Assembly: GCF_009914755.1 (NCBI RefSeq)
Contig: NC_060933.1
Origin: the human T2T-CHM13v2.0 reference genome, Homo sapiens
Length of the DNA: 64,000 nt
Strand: one strand, 5' to 3'
In this document: positions 44,456-59,800 of the stretch, piece after piece
How the letters are laid out: each line of letters begins with the position of its first letter
Position numbering within the stretch: position 1 is the stretch's first letter
The notes under the pieces: generated by a model
What the model saw: only the letters and a program-made list of their open reading frames with translations
What the model was told of the DNA's origin: nothing
Databases searched by the model: none
Made by a program: the position numbers and the translations under genes

Positions 44456-46031
44456 AAAATGGTATAAATCTGATGTAACACTATGGAGCCACCTGAGTCA
44501 TCCCAGAGAATTTATCAAAGTGGCTGGATTTAAGTTGTGAAGGAAAACAAAATTAGCATTTGAGCATTCAAGACAACCTGACTATGAGTCAAACATAAAA
44601 TGCCTGACTTCCGGAGTTTTCTACCTACCAGGAATTCTTAGTGGGTGCAAAAAGTCCAATGAACTCGTGTATGGGAACTAATAGATTTTCACAGCCCATT
44701 TTGTCAGGATGTAAATTTAATTATCAATAATTTCAACTCTTGCCATCAGATTTAATCTGTAAACAACTATGATGGATATATTTAAATATAGTTTGTGACT
44801 GTTTAATATTCTTTCCACTAAAATTAACAAGTGAACTTGGGAAGATTAAACGAGTGACTAAACCCAAAGATTCCACAAGCAGGTAATTCTTACTTGTCTA
44901 CGTAAAATATGTTTATGCCCAATATACTCTAAATTCACTGGTCCATTAATAAAAATTGCTTCAGCTAAACTGATTACCTAGAAGGTGGTTCACTCCTGAA
45001 CACACTTCATCATTCATCTTGGGCTGTAAATTTAAAATGTTCTTCACATAGAGTAAAATGTTGACGTAAAAACCAAGGAAAAGCAAGATAATGTCTGACA
45101 TTCCCCAATCCTCTTCTTCCTCAAATTAAGCTGGTTAGTAACAGAGACAAGACATGAATAGTATTTGTACTAAAAATTAAGAGCTTGGACATTCTTCTAA
45201 GACTTGGAAAAATATTGGAATTCCCTCGGGATAGCAAAAAAATTGGGCATCTTCTAAATGGGCATTGATAGGACACTCCATTCAACCCAAAACTAGTCCA
45301 CATTATTATCTGGACCAGTAGACTGATTTTCAAACCTATTTTTAATTTTGCAAAATGTTCTTTATGCTAAAGCCAACCTATAAGTTAAAGCAAAGAAAGA
45401 CCATAAAGCAGGATATCCCGATTGATTGCATAGGCCCTGCTTTTAAACTCTATTTATCTCCTGCCCCTTGATAGTCCCAAATACTCAGCTTCACACAAAA
45501 ATATTTAAATACAGAACAAGAAAATAGTATTTAATGACTCAACAGGATCTGGAGATTAATGTGAAACTATAACACAAGGCTTGCCACTGGAAAATGTGAG
45601 TGCAGTATATTGGGTTTTTTTCTGTTTTGCTTTTTCTACAACAGAGGGCTTTATTTATTTTGAAAGAGTCAATGAAATGTTGCCTATGAAATAACATTAT
45701 GTAGAAAAGTGAACATAAAAAGGCACATCACACCCAATTCCAATACAGCAAAAATTTAAAAACCATAATACGAAAGATACTGTTCAAAATGTTGAAAAGT
45801 AGCCATTTCCCACTATTAGAGTAATAGGTAGCCCCTCTGTCTTCTTCATCCTACTGCCCTGTATCTTGCAAATTCTCTAGAGTGGACATGCAATAATTTT
45901 GAAATGCTGTATCTCATTATTTTAACATAATATATGAAAATGCAGAAAAATAGTAAAAGTATCCAAAATTCTAACATAATTCTGAAGTTTCAACAATATC
46001 AAGTGTGTTCACACTCCAGTACATTTTGCAT

Positions 46032-46988
46032 TCACTTGCTAAAGAACCTTCTGTTCGGTAGGTGTTTTACTGCCTCTTTCACATCCTTGTTTCTAAGACT
46101 GTAGATTAAAGGATTCATCATGGGAGTCATCACCCCATAGAACATGGATATAATTTTGTCGGTAGCATCCAAGTCATCTGAATTAAGTGTCTCTTTAGAC
46201 TTGGGCTTCATATACATGAAGAGGATGGTCCCATAGAATATTATGACCACAGTCAGATGGGCTGAGCAGGTAGAGAAAGCTTTGCTTCTCCCCTCAGAGG
46301 AGTGAATCTTGAGGATGCTGGAAATGATTAATGAGTAAGAGATAACTATCAAGAGCAGTGGCATCAATGTGAACAATATTGTGGCCACAAGCATGAGGAA
46401 CTCATTGCCTGAGATGTCAGCACAGGCCAACTTCATGACAGCTAGAATTTCACATGAGAAATGATTGATGACATTCTTCCTGCAGAAAGGCAATTGTACT
46501 ACAAATGTAGTTTGTACTGCAGAGTTGACAATCCCTGCAAACCAGGACCCAACAGCCATGGGTACATAGGCATTCTTGCTCATGATGATGGGATATCTCA
46601 GAGGGTTGCAGATAGCCACATAGCGGTCAAAGGCCATCATGCCCAGAAGCACACACTCTGTTGTCCCCATGGCCAAGCCAAGGAACATCTGCACTGCACA
46701 GCCAGAAAAGGAAATGGTCTTTCTTTCTGAAAGGAAGCTCACTAGTGTGGAGGGAATAGAGGTGGTGGTGTAGCAGATGTCCAAGAAGGAGAGGTTCCCC
46801 AGAAAGAAGTACATAGGGGTGTGAAGGTGAGGGTCCAAGATGCTGATTAAAATGAGAGTACCATTCCCCAGAAGGATGACCACATACATTATGAAGATTA
46901 GCACAAAAAAGAGTAACTCAAGCCTTGGGTGAACAGAATGTCCCTTCAGAAAAAATTCCACCAGAATGGTTTGGTTTTCCCATTCCAT
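46032..46988 (-). CDS. OR13C9: Olfactory receptor 13C9 (318 aa)
   Basis: OR motifs including KAFSTCSAH; distinctive [20 protein letters not shown] and LPNRRFFSK. Confidence 0.95.
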   Translation of the reverse strand: MEWENQTILVEFFLKGHSVHPRLELLFFVLIFIMYVVILLGNGTLILISILDPHLHTPMYFFLGNLSFLDICYTTTSIPSTLVSFLSERKTISFSGCAVQMFLGLAMGTTECVLLGMMAFDRYVAICNPLRYPIIMSKNAYVPMAVGSWFAGIVNSAVQTTFVVQLPFCRKNVINHFSCEILAVMKLACADISGNEFLMLVATILFTLMPLLLIVISYSLIISSILKIHSSEGRSKAFSTCSAHLTVVIIFYGTILFMYMKPKSKETLNSDDLDATDKIISMFYGVMTPMMNPLIYSLRNKDVKEAVKHLPNRRFFSK

Positions 46989-47689
46989 TTAAATGTCTCT
47001 CTTTTACCTGTAAGAAGTCAAAAAAATTAATATAATTTATTTACATGGTAAATCCAAGTATACCAATGTACAAATATAAAAATTTGCCACGGACCCATAA
47101 AAGTATTGAAGAAAGAGAAAATAGGGAAGAGGAGGAAGGAATATACGGAAATGGAATGAAAAGAATTAACAATGCAGGAAGAGAAATATGAGGGGAAAGC
47201 TTATGATATTGATCACTCATTCTTGGCCAGGAACTTTGTGATTTTTTTTCACATTACTTAATTTAAACTCCACATTATCATTTGAAAGATAAGAAAACCT
47301 AAAGTGAGAGAGTTCAGCCTAAAGTCATATAACTAATGTGTAGCAAAGCCTAGGCTCCAAGACTACCTGTTTGTGTCCCATACTTGCCTGAGGTTTTTTA
47401 ATGAATTATAAAAGCAATACAGAGTGTATTGCATAAGAGATTTGGTAATTTACTTTAAAACCTCACTCCCAGGTCAGGAGAACTCAACAATAACCCATAT
47501 GTATTCCAACACTGAAAGAAGTGTGTCAATCTGGAGGGAGAATCATCAGAAATGAACCCAACCAGTGATTACTGCATTCCTGATTATCCAGAGAACACGA
47601 CCAATTCATGTAAAGCCCAATAATATGAAATCTTCGTGTTAAAGTGCAAACACCTTTTTCTTTGGTTAGGGGTGGAATTTTTTTGTTGT

Positions 47690-48745
47690 TTTTTAAAATT
47701 ATCATACAGTTAGATGTCATACCATAAACTGACTTTTTATTTCCTAGTGTATGGTTCTGTGAATTTTAAAACATGTATAGATTCATATAACCACGGCCAT
47801 AACCAGAACACAGAACTCTTCTATTACCCCAAAACACTTCTTTGTGATATTCTTTTCTTAGTCACCTCTTCCACTTACCTGTACATCCTGGCAACCACTG
47901 ATATTTTCTATCCCTATAGTTTTACGTTTACCATAATGTCATATAAATACATATAAATAGAATCATATGAGCCACTGGGGTTGAGCTTCTTTCACTTAGA
48001 TAAAGCCTCTGAGATCCATTCAAGTTATTATTGCTAAATAGTATTCTATTGAGTAGATTACTGTATTTTGCCTATCTGTTCACCTTTTGAAGGATATTTG
48101 GATTGTTTCCAGTTTGGGGCAATTATGAATAGAGCTACTATAAATATTTCTGCCCCAATTTTTGTATAACCATAAGCTTTCATTTTTTTAGAATATCCAG
48201 GAATGAGACAATAAGCATGTTTAAATGTATAAGAAGCTGCCAAACAGTTTTCCAGAGTGGCTGTACCAGTTTTGCATTTCAACCAACAATGTATGAGAGT
48301 TCCACTTGCTTCCCATCTCATCATTTAATATTGTCAGTAATTTTTTATCCATTCTAATAGATAGTCATATTTAATTATGATTTTATTTTACATTTCCTTG
48401 ATGACTGATGATGTTTTTCCATTCTTTAGTAAAGTATCTTTTGCCCCCTTTTTTTGTTAACAAATGGGGGTCTCGCTATTTTCCCAGGCTGTCCTCAAAC
48501 TCCTGGCCTCAAGCCATTCTCCCACCTCAGCCTCTGAGTATCTGGGACTACAGATTCATGTAACTACCAGCTTAACCAGAACACAGAACTACAGGCATGC
48601 ACCACCATGCTGGTTCTATTGCTCATTTTTAATTTTTTTTCCTTGTTGAGTTTTGAGAGTTCTTTATATATTTTGGATATGAGTTATTTATCATGTGATT
48701 TGCATATATTGTCTCCCAGCAGCTGGTTTGTCTTCTCATTCTCTA
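47690..48745 (-). mobile_element. Old L1 (L1MB/MC-like) 3' fragment with an Alu monomer-like insert (~48450-48610)
   Basis: Minus ORF 48058-48324 resembles the L1 ORF2 end (LIHCW...AAS...LFIIAPNWKQSKYP). Confidence 0.8.
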
Positions 48746-50799
48746 ATGCAAACACCTTTTAGTTGCCATGTTAATTGGTTGCTGCCTAAGTCCAATTGAA
48801 CATGATGCAAAGAAAGACTACGACTAAAGAGACATGTTCTAACAGCACATCTCACTTTAGGTGATACTGCAGGAAAATATCCACTGGAAAATAGCCATTC
48901 CCTGGGAATTGGAAATGGTGGATTTTGCTTAAACTTGCCTCAGAAAGTCTCAAGCTATCTCTTTTAATTTTTTCTCAGGAACAGTCATTTCTCCCCACCC
49001 AACTACCCCTCTACACAAACAAATTTCCAGTAGTATCATTGTCCATTGATGAATATCTTCCACTTAGTTCACAAAACAAAAGTAATTTCTGAAAACAAAC
49101 CAGGCACTTAACACATAGGCCATTTTTCTTTATTCACAAAACTTGGCACAAGTTTAAGGTCTAAATTGAGTTGTTTGAACTTATTTCAACCAGCTTCTAA
49201 CTAACCAGCTCTGCCTTTGGCCATTATAAGGGTATTTCTCCTTTCAGCATATTTTGCCCTTATTTCCATCAACTCCACTTTTTATACTTTGGGATCCTTT
49301 TATACCCTAGAAATACATCCTTTTTTATCTAAATCCTAGATTCACTTTTTTAATTCTATGTTATAAATAATGCCACCTCAATTCCAATTCCCTGTTAAAT
49401 TATGACTGAGAAGCAATTTCATGGTAAGACACATTCTTCTAACCACTGCCACGATGCAGCTATTATTGTGTCAAGTCCACTTTGTCTAATAGAGAGAACA
49501 TGTGCTTAAGTCCTTTCTTGGCCAGTTACTAGCTGTGACCATGGGCAATTTATAAATTCTCTGAATCTCACTATCTTCATCTATAACATGGGGGTCTTAA
49601 TAGGCTTATAATGGGGTTCTCGGGAGAATAAATAGGCAAAGCATGTAAAGTACATAGCATGTAGTAAGCACTATTTTTGTTCCTTCTTATTTTCTACTGA
49701 CTTGTTCTTCTCTCAAGTTCTTTTATGTCTCTGTCCCCAGTATCAACCGCTGCACAAGTATCTTTGGAATTTCATCAATCACACTTTCTCATATATCAAG
49801 TCTCCTTTCATCTAAGTCAAACTATTTTTTATCACATTCATGATATGAGATAGATGCGCATTATACCAAAGTCTACTCACTTTGCAGTGAACAGTGTTAT
49901 ACCATTATAAAAAAAGTCCATTGCAGTTTAAAACAAGGAACATATAGGGTGACATTTTTAAATAGAGGCTATTTCAGTTAATTCATCTAAAATCTAAATG
50001 TGTGTGTGTATCTCACAAATGTTATATCTAAAGTCACCATACAAATGCATTACCAGCAACAAAAAAAATTAAAAATATTCAAACATCTCCAAAATACTCG
50101 CAAGCATAAGAAGCCAAAATTCTTCCTATTAACTAAAGACTCATTGCTCCTCTTCATTTGCGTTTTCACAAATTCAAAGATATATTCAAGAACAAGTAAT
50201 AAAGTGTTTGTGTTTCAAATAGTATGCCTAGTTAGAGGTTCTGGGACAGGGACCATGCTAGAACATTGTCTACTCATGATTAGTATTGGATGAACATTTG
50301 CTAAACTGAACAAAATCAAACTGAATTAGTGCTGTGATTTAAATGGCCACAGAATCAGAACTTTGGTGGTAACAGACTGCTTTGCATTCTGGACCAAGAG
50401 TACAGATTGGCAGCTTATTGAGCAACAGAAGAGAGATGATACTTTCAGATGCATATACATGTGCTTGTAATAAAGTGAGGACCACAAAACTGTATTTTGA
50501 CCAATGAATCTTTATTCCCAGTTAGAAATTATAAACCTATTCTGTAGAAGGACTGTTCATGAAAACAACTATAAACCTAAACATCATCTGTTTTGAATGC
50601 TCAAATTACTTTGGATATGCAAGTAGTCTTTTGATAATATTTTTTCTTTTTTTCTATTTTTTAACTATATCTGAAAAAATCCTCTTGGATTGTACACTTT
50701 CTCTAATAAGAAATACTACATTTTCAAAAGACATGGCTTATTTCAATTCATTTCATAAGGCTAACCACCACCCCCGCTTCGATTTGTGTTAGTAGTATG

Positions 50800-51390
50800 G
50801 CTTCAGCAATTACCTCTAAATGGAAGGTCAGCTCACTTCTTAGGTTGCAATACACAGCAGATTGTTTTGCCTTGATCTTCTGTTTTTAGGCTGTTCAACA
50901 AAATTTTCTGTGAAGCTGATGAATTTCTGAAGAAGGGATTACTGTTTGGAAGCCATGATGACACAGGGTATATTATCTGTAAAACATTGATAACAAAGGT
51001 ATTATTTCTAAGTTGTTTCAAAACAGCATACATTACATCAGCTATATTTACAAAGGAAGGCTAATGTGGTTCTGCTAGTTCAAAAGTAAGAGGAGAAGAA
51101 AATACTGGGCAGTTCACTTTGTGAATATGGCACATTTCATTTGCCCTTGAAGCCCAGGTGGAAACATTGTCCCATTGAGAAGGCCCAGGAAATTCTCTAA
51201 AGAATCTTCCTTGGGCTCAGGGAGGCAATTTAAATATTTCTTGCTCTCAGGGACTTCTGAAAATTTCTAAGTGATAACTTTAAATTGCTTCAGGCAAAAC
51301 ATATTCAAAACTTTTAGAAATTTCAAGAATAATGCCCTAAAGACTTAATCATATGAGACCCATTATTGTAATTTACATAACCAATCAGAA
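50800..51390 (-). promoter_or_regulatory. Candidate promoter and non-coding exon 1 of OR13C9
   Basis: Paralogous to 40870-41440; minus-strand donor AG|GTAATT at 50814/50813; O/E-like ctcagggag, ctcagggac, cccaggaa; TAATCA and CATTA sites. Confidence 0.6.
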
Positions 51391-51645
51391 GCCCTGAAGA
51401 CATGTCTTATCCCATTTTCAATCTATTACTATATACTGCTGAGATCCTTTCTCCAAATATATTCTAATCACTTGGTCCAGACCTTTGTTCATCCTATCAT
51501 GTCATCTTGTATGTAGTACAGTAGAAAGAACTCAGACTACATTAAGTCTTCATTATTAACAATAATAATAATAGAATACAAATTTCCAGGCATCATTATA
51601 AGGGTTTTATAGATATTATGTCGTTTAATTTGTTTTTGTTAAATT

Positions 51646-52495
51646 AACCCCATCAAAAAGTGAGTGAAGGATATGAACAGACACTTCTCAAAAGAAGACA
51701 TTTATGCAGGCAACAGACACATGAAAAAATGCTCATCATCACTGGCCATCAGAGAAATGCAAATCAAAACCACAGTGAGATACCATCTCACACCAGTTAG
51801 AATGGCGATCATTAACAAGTCAGGAAACAACAGGTGCTGGAGAGGATGTGGAGAAATAGGAACACTTTTACATTGTTGGTGGGACTGTAAACTAGTTCAA
51901 CCATTGTGGAAGACAGTGTGGCAACTCCTCAAGGATGTAGAACTAGAAATACCATTTGACCCAGCCATCCCCATTACTGGGTCTATACCCAAAGGATTAT
52001 AAATCGTGCTGCTATAAAGACACATGCACACATATGTTTATTGAGGCACTATTCACAATAGCAAAGACTGGGAACCAACCCAAATGTCCATCAGTGATAG
52101 ACTGGATTAAGAAAATGTGGCACATATACACCATGGAATACTATGCAGCCATAAAAAAGGATGAGTTCTTGTCCTTTGTAGGGACATGAATGAAGCTGGA
52201 AACGATCATTCTCAGCAAACTATTGCAAGGACAAAAAACCAAACACCGCATGTTCTCACTCATATGTGGGAATTGAACAATGAGAACACTTGGACACAGG
52301 AAGGGGAACATCACACAGCGGGGCCTGTCGTGGGGTGGGGGGAGGGGGGAGGGATAGCATTAGGAGATATACCTAATGTAAATGACGAGTTAATGGGTGC
52401 AGCACACCAACATGGTGCATGTATACACATGTAACAAAGCTGCACGTTGTGCACATGTACCCTAGAACTTAAAGTATAATAAAAAAAAGAAAAAA
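51646..52495 (+). mobile_element. 5'-truncated L1PA (approx. PA4-PA5)
   Basis: ORF2 C-terminus ([11 protein letters not shown]...[16 protein letters not shown]), 3'UTR G-tract, poly-A. Confidence 0.92.
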
Positions 52496-52874
52496 CAAGT
52501 TTTAATGTATAACTAATCTAGAAATAATTGTATTTTGCTCTGAAATTGGAATTTAGATGTTATTGTAAATGTGGGTGGCATTTTGAAATTCACAACAAAT
52601 TCAGAAATGTTTAAATCATACGATAGAAATGTAGAAGCTATTTAGCTTTTTTATTGTTACTCCAGAAGCTAATTTGTAACTTCATCTCACTCCATACCGT
52701 AAGCATTTCCAAAAAATTCACCTAAACAGATAATACTATTCCCTAGATTTATTGGCATAAAAATCTTATCTAATTTACAGTGGGAGGAGGTGATGCAAAA
52801 CCATCCCAGATCACAAGGAATTGCTTCCTGGCCATCTTGTTAAGTTCTGATCTGTCACCATGTGGCTAAGCTTC

Positions 52875-55140
52875 TGATACCGTTTGGCTGTGTCCCCACC
52901 AAAATCTCAACTTGAATTGTATCTCCTAGAATTCCCACGTGTTGTGGGAAGGACCCAGTGGGAGGTAATTGAATCATGGAGGCAGGTCTTTCCCCTGCTA
53001 TTCTCATGATAGTGAATAAGTATCATGAGATCTGATGGGTTTATCAGGGGTTTCCGCTTTTGCTTCTTCCTCGTTTTCTCTTGCCGCCACCAAGTAAGAA
53101 GTCCCTTTCACCTCCTGCCATGATTCTGAGACCCCAGCCATGTGGAACTGTAAGTCCAATGAAAACTCTTTTTCTTCCCAGTCTCAGGTATGTCTTTATC
53201 AGCAGGGGGAAAACGGACTAATACAGTAAATTGGTACCAGTAGAGTGGGGCATTGCTGAAGAGATCCCCCAAAATGTGGAAGCGACTTTGGAACTGGGTA
53301 ACAGGCAGAAGATGGAAGAGTTTGGAGGGCTCAGAAGAAGACAGGAAAATGTGGGAAAGTTTAGAACTTCCTACAGACTTGCTGAATGGCTTTACCCAAA
53401 ATGTTGATAGCAATATGGATAATAAGGTCCAGGCTGAGGTGGTCTCAGATGGAGATGAGAAACTTGTTGGGAGCTGGAGCAAAGGTGACTCTTGTCATGT
53501 TTTAGCAAAGAGACTGGTGGCAATTTGCCCCTGCCCTAGAGATTTGTGGAAGTTTGAACTTGAGAGAGATGATTTTGGGTATTTGGCTGAAGAAATTTCT
53601 AAGCAGCAAAGCATTCAATAGGTGACTTGGGTGCTATTAAAGGCATTCAGTTTTATCAGGGAAGCAGAGCATAAAAGTTTGGAAAATTTGCAACCTGACA
53701 ATGTGATAGAAAAGAAAAATCCATTTTCTGAGGAGAAATTCAAGCTGGCTACAGAAATTTGCATAAGTAACCAGGAGCCAAATGTTAATCCCTAAGATAA
53801 TGGGGAAATTGTCTCCAGGGCATGTCAGAGGTCTTCACTGCAGCTCCTCCCATCACAGGCTGGAGGCCTAGGAGAAAGTGGTTTCGCTCGCCCAGGGAAC
53901 CCCTGCTGGGTGCAGCCTAGGGACTTGGTGCCCTGCGTCCCAGCTGCTCCAGATGTGGCTAAAAGGGGCCAATGCAGAGCTCGGGCCATGGCTTCAGAGG
54001 GGGTAAGCCTCAAGCCTCAGAAGCTTCCACATGGTGTTGAGCCTGCAAGTGCACCGAAGTCAAGAATTGGGGTTTGGAAACCTCTACCTAGACTTCAGAA
54101 GATGTATGGAAACACCTGGATGTCCAGGCAGAAGTTTGCTGCAGGGATGGGGTGCTCATGGAGAACTTCTGATAGGGCAGTGCAGGAGGGAAAAGTGGGG
54201 TTGGAACCCCCACACAGAGTCCCTACTGGGGCACTGCCTAGTGGAGCTGTGAGAAGAGGGCCACCACCCTCCAGACTCCAGAATGGTAGATCTACCAACA
54301 GCTTGCACCATTTGCCTGGAAAAGCCACAGACACTCAATACCAGCCTGTGAAAGTAGCTGAGAAGGAGGCTGTACTCTGCAAAGCCACAGGGTCAGAGCT
54401 GCCCAAGACCATGGGAATGCACTTCTTGCATCAGTGTGACCTGGATATGAGACCAGAGTCAAAGGAGATCATTTTGGAGCTTTAAAATTTAACTGCCCTG
54501 CTGGATTTCGGATTTGCATGGGCTCTATAACCCCTTTGTTTTGTCCAGTTTCTCCAATTTGGAACGGTTGTATTTACCCGATGTCTGTATCCTCATTGTA
54601 TCTAGGAAGTAACTAGCTTGCTTTTGATTTTACAGGCTCATGAGTGAAAGGGACTTGCCTTGTCTCAGATGAAACTTTGGACTGTGGACTTTTGGATTAA
54701 TGCTGAAATGAGTTATGACTTTGGGGGACCGTTGGGAAGGCATGATTGGTTTTGAAATGTGAGGACATGAGATTTGGAGGGGCCAGGAGTGGCATTATAT
54801 GGTTTGGCTGTGTTCCAACCCAAATCTCAGCTTGAATTCTATCTCCCAGCATGTGTTGTGGGAGTGACATAGGGGAGGTAATTGAATCATGGGAGCCAGT
54901 CTTTCCTGTGCTATTCTCATGATAGTGAGTAAGTCTCAAGAGATCTGATGGGTTTACCAGAGGTTTCTTTTTTGCTTCTTCCTCATTTTCTCTTGCTGCT
55001 GCCATGTAAGAAGTGCCTTTTGCCTCCCACAATGATTCAGAGGCCTCCCCTGCCATGCAGAACTGTAAGTCCAATTAAACCTCTTTTTCTTCACAGTCTC
55101 AGGTATATCTTTATCAGCAGCATGAAAACAGACTAATACA
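52875..55140 (+). mobile_element. Full-length THE1 (THE1A-like) MaLR: LTR 52875-53225, internal 53226-54794, LTR 54795-55140
   Basis: Two homologous LTRs ending GACTAATACA; THE1-int sequence; TSD gcttc / gtttc. Confidence 0.93.
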
Positions 55141-55778
55141 GTTTCCCTCCTAAGAAGAAAGCGGTTTTGGACTTCTGTATTTTGTTTTGTTTCATAACTA
55201 TGTACTTTTTTTTTAAGAAATAAAAAGGTAAGCTCTTTACTCATTTTTCCCTCCTCTTTCTTGCCAAGTCACAAGGGACCCCTAAATCCTATATCCAGCA
55301 TTACTTAAGTAAAGCCTCCAAATCAGTCATATCTGAACAGTTTCAAGCTAATGAGATTGTTCACTTACTTTATTTGGCAAAGTTTTAGTTACTGTTTTTT
55401 TAACCTATTTCATTAAACCTGGGACATAGGTCATATTGTATAAAATTAAATGGTCCATTAAAGTACTCCCCCATCAGAAAATTTTTTAAAGTACAGTTAT
55501 TTCTTCTGATACAACTTGGGATGTGAAAAACATCCTAATGGACATGCAGTGCAACTCAGCCTTTATGTGTGATCTCCAGATACCTAAAGAAATTGCCCAT
55601 TTAAATTAAGATTTGACAGTTTTTACTGAGTCATCTTTCTAATATAATTATGCCCCTGCTTCCATTTATTCTTTTTGGAGTTACATTTTTCTTTTATCCA
55701 TATGTATGTATCCATACTTATGTTAAAAACTTAGAAATTTCAGAAAAGATACCAAGATAAATTTTTTGGATATTTCTT

Positions 55779-56088
<310 letters not shown>

Positions 56089-58537
56089 CTTTTGGATATT
56101 TCTTTTCAGCCTTTATTCTGAGTAAGTTTTCTTGCTTTAGGTTTTGGTTTTGTAAAACAATGCAAAATACTGTTTTTGTTTTTCTTTTAACTATATTAAC
56201 ATAAGTGTTTTTATATTAATACAAATTCTTCAAAAATGTTATTTAATAGTTACAAATATTCCACTAAATAAAATTACTATGATGATTTTATATTTCCCCT
56301 TCATCACAGTAGACAAGCATAAAAATGATAACAAAATTATCCAATCCTCCAAGTCCTACAAAAATAATTTATTAGGGACTCTTTATAGTCTTAAATTTTC
56401 AATGTCTTTACCCAAACAGAATATAAGACTTCACGTTAGAGAAAAAAAAACATAAATGTCAGAAGTCTCTAGCACAAAGTATTAAAACACAGTGCTTTTT
56501 CAATGATCAAACGTTTGGAATCTATTAACTGATTTTTAAAGAAGTTACACTAGCATTACAAGAGAAATACAAATAATGGCCTCTATGCTATTATCTTTTT
56601 TTAAAAAAATGGATCAAAAGACATGGGTGGATTCCATAGGGATGTTTGCAAGTAAAATTCTTTGGGAATAACCGTCTCGAGGATGTTCGAGTACCAAACT
56701 TACTACCTTATTCTCAGCATAAAATAAATATTTTCTTAAAGCAACTTTAAAATAGGAATAAACATTTTGGAGAAGTTAAAAGAGAAGGAATGGCTTTCCA
56801 CTTAATTCATACCTTCCCTGAAACAGGTTTAGTATGAACTCCAGACTACTGATGTTTGTTCAAAGTCTCTATTAGAATTTTGCTGTCCAACTGAGATTGT
56901 ACTCCTATAGTCAATCAAATTATAATCATAAATAGTACCAAATAGGAGTATATCTTGGCCTATCCACATTTTTCTGCTCTATTTGGAGGCATGCATAATT
57001 TAGGAAAGCTTGAATTCAGTGACAATCCTCCTTTCCAAAACCAATAGGATTAGAAATTCTCTTCTATGTTGAACATTGTTTAATTAAGGAGCAGCATAAC
57101 CTATTGGCAAATGACTATTATAAGGCAAATCCTATACCATAACCAAAACTATTGTTTGAAAATACTAAGTTATAATACTAAGTATACTCATCTATTGAGT
57201 CAATTAATGTATTTGTCTAGGGATATATTTCGCAGCTGAGGTAGAATACCATGAAGATGCAGAGTTGTTTTTAAAATGATATTCTCTGATGCATTTACTA
57301 CAAACAAGGTCACCCGCTGATAGTTATATCATTTTCTTTATGTTCTTTGGTTCACAACTCAGATGCTTGAGCTGACTCAAAATTCCTTTTTCAGGAAAAT
57401 ATGGGTCCTAACAATAAATTTAACAAGTAGAAGAAAATGACTTTCATATGTATAGAAATAAAAGGCAGGCTCTCCTGTGTGCAATTTGGTTGCTTTTAAT
57501 TCTAAAAATATCAAGAACCCAAAATTGTTTGCAATAAGCTATACAGAAGTCTTATCTCCAAGTCTCACCAGAATATTGTTTCACATCAGCTATCTAATTA
57601 CTATCCTACACACAATTAAAGCACCAATGGTCCTCTCTAAGGTATTAAAGAGAGATGGTCAGAGATACCTTGCTACTCACGTGTGTTCTGTAGATGAGCA
57701 GCATCAACATTACCTGGGAACACGTTAATAAATGCAGATCTCAGAACCCAGGTCAGACCCACTGAATCAGAATCTTTTACATAGATTCCCCAGGTGACTC
57801 CTGGGAATATTAAAGTTTGAGAAGCACATTGACTAAATCAGTTATGTTCTTCCTCAGTTGCACATTAGAGTAACCTGGAGAGCATTATTAAAAAGATGTC
57901 TGATTCCCACCCAATGAAGTATAGTTAAAAAAAAATACACGGGATTTAAAATCAGAAAACTCAGATTTAAATAGCAGCTCACTCACACTTACTCTAATTT
58001 TATATAAATTTCATCTTTCAAGATTTCATTTCCCTCAGAGAATTATAGTGATGATAAAATGAGTAATGTGTGTGATCATATTTGTAAACTATAAAATCCT
58101 AAACCAATGCTATTGTTAATGATTTGTATGGTATAAACCCAAATAAATACGTCTGTTGATCAGATTAAAGTATGCTCTCTCTGATGTTAATTTTTCAAAG
58201 TGGTCTTTGTGGATCAATTGTATCAGTAATAACCGACACTTGTTTTAAAATGCAAAGAGCTCTTCCCTTCCTCAGACCTCATGCTCAATCTCAGGAAGGG
58301 GAATACAGAAGTTTGCATATTTAATGACCTAGCAATGTAGCGCAATTGCTTTATGAGCTAAAAGAGGAATCCCATAAGCTAAACTCATTCCTGTTACCAC
58401 TATTCCAGCTAGTACTAGCATAGTTGTTGGACCTCCAACTTCTATGACCTCTTACTTTACATAATATGGGACCATTCGTTTAACTCACATACTGTGTCCT
58501 TTTCTGGATTAGTCATACTCTAGGTATGAAAAAGTAC

Positions 58538-59800
<1,263 letters not shown>

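Noticed and set aside
43648-52434. ORFs resembling L1 ORF2 C-termini
   Set aside because: Broken remnants of 5'-truncated L1PA copies.
53108-54485. ORFs of 122-191 aa
   Set aside because: They lie inside the THE1 element; fragmented MaLR sequence, not host genes.
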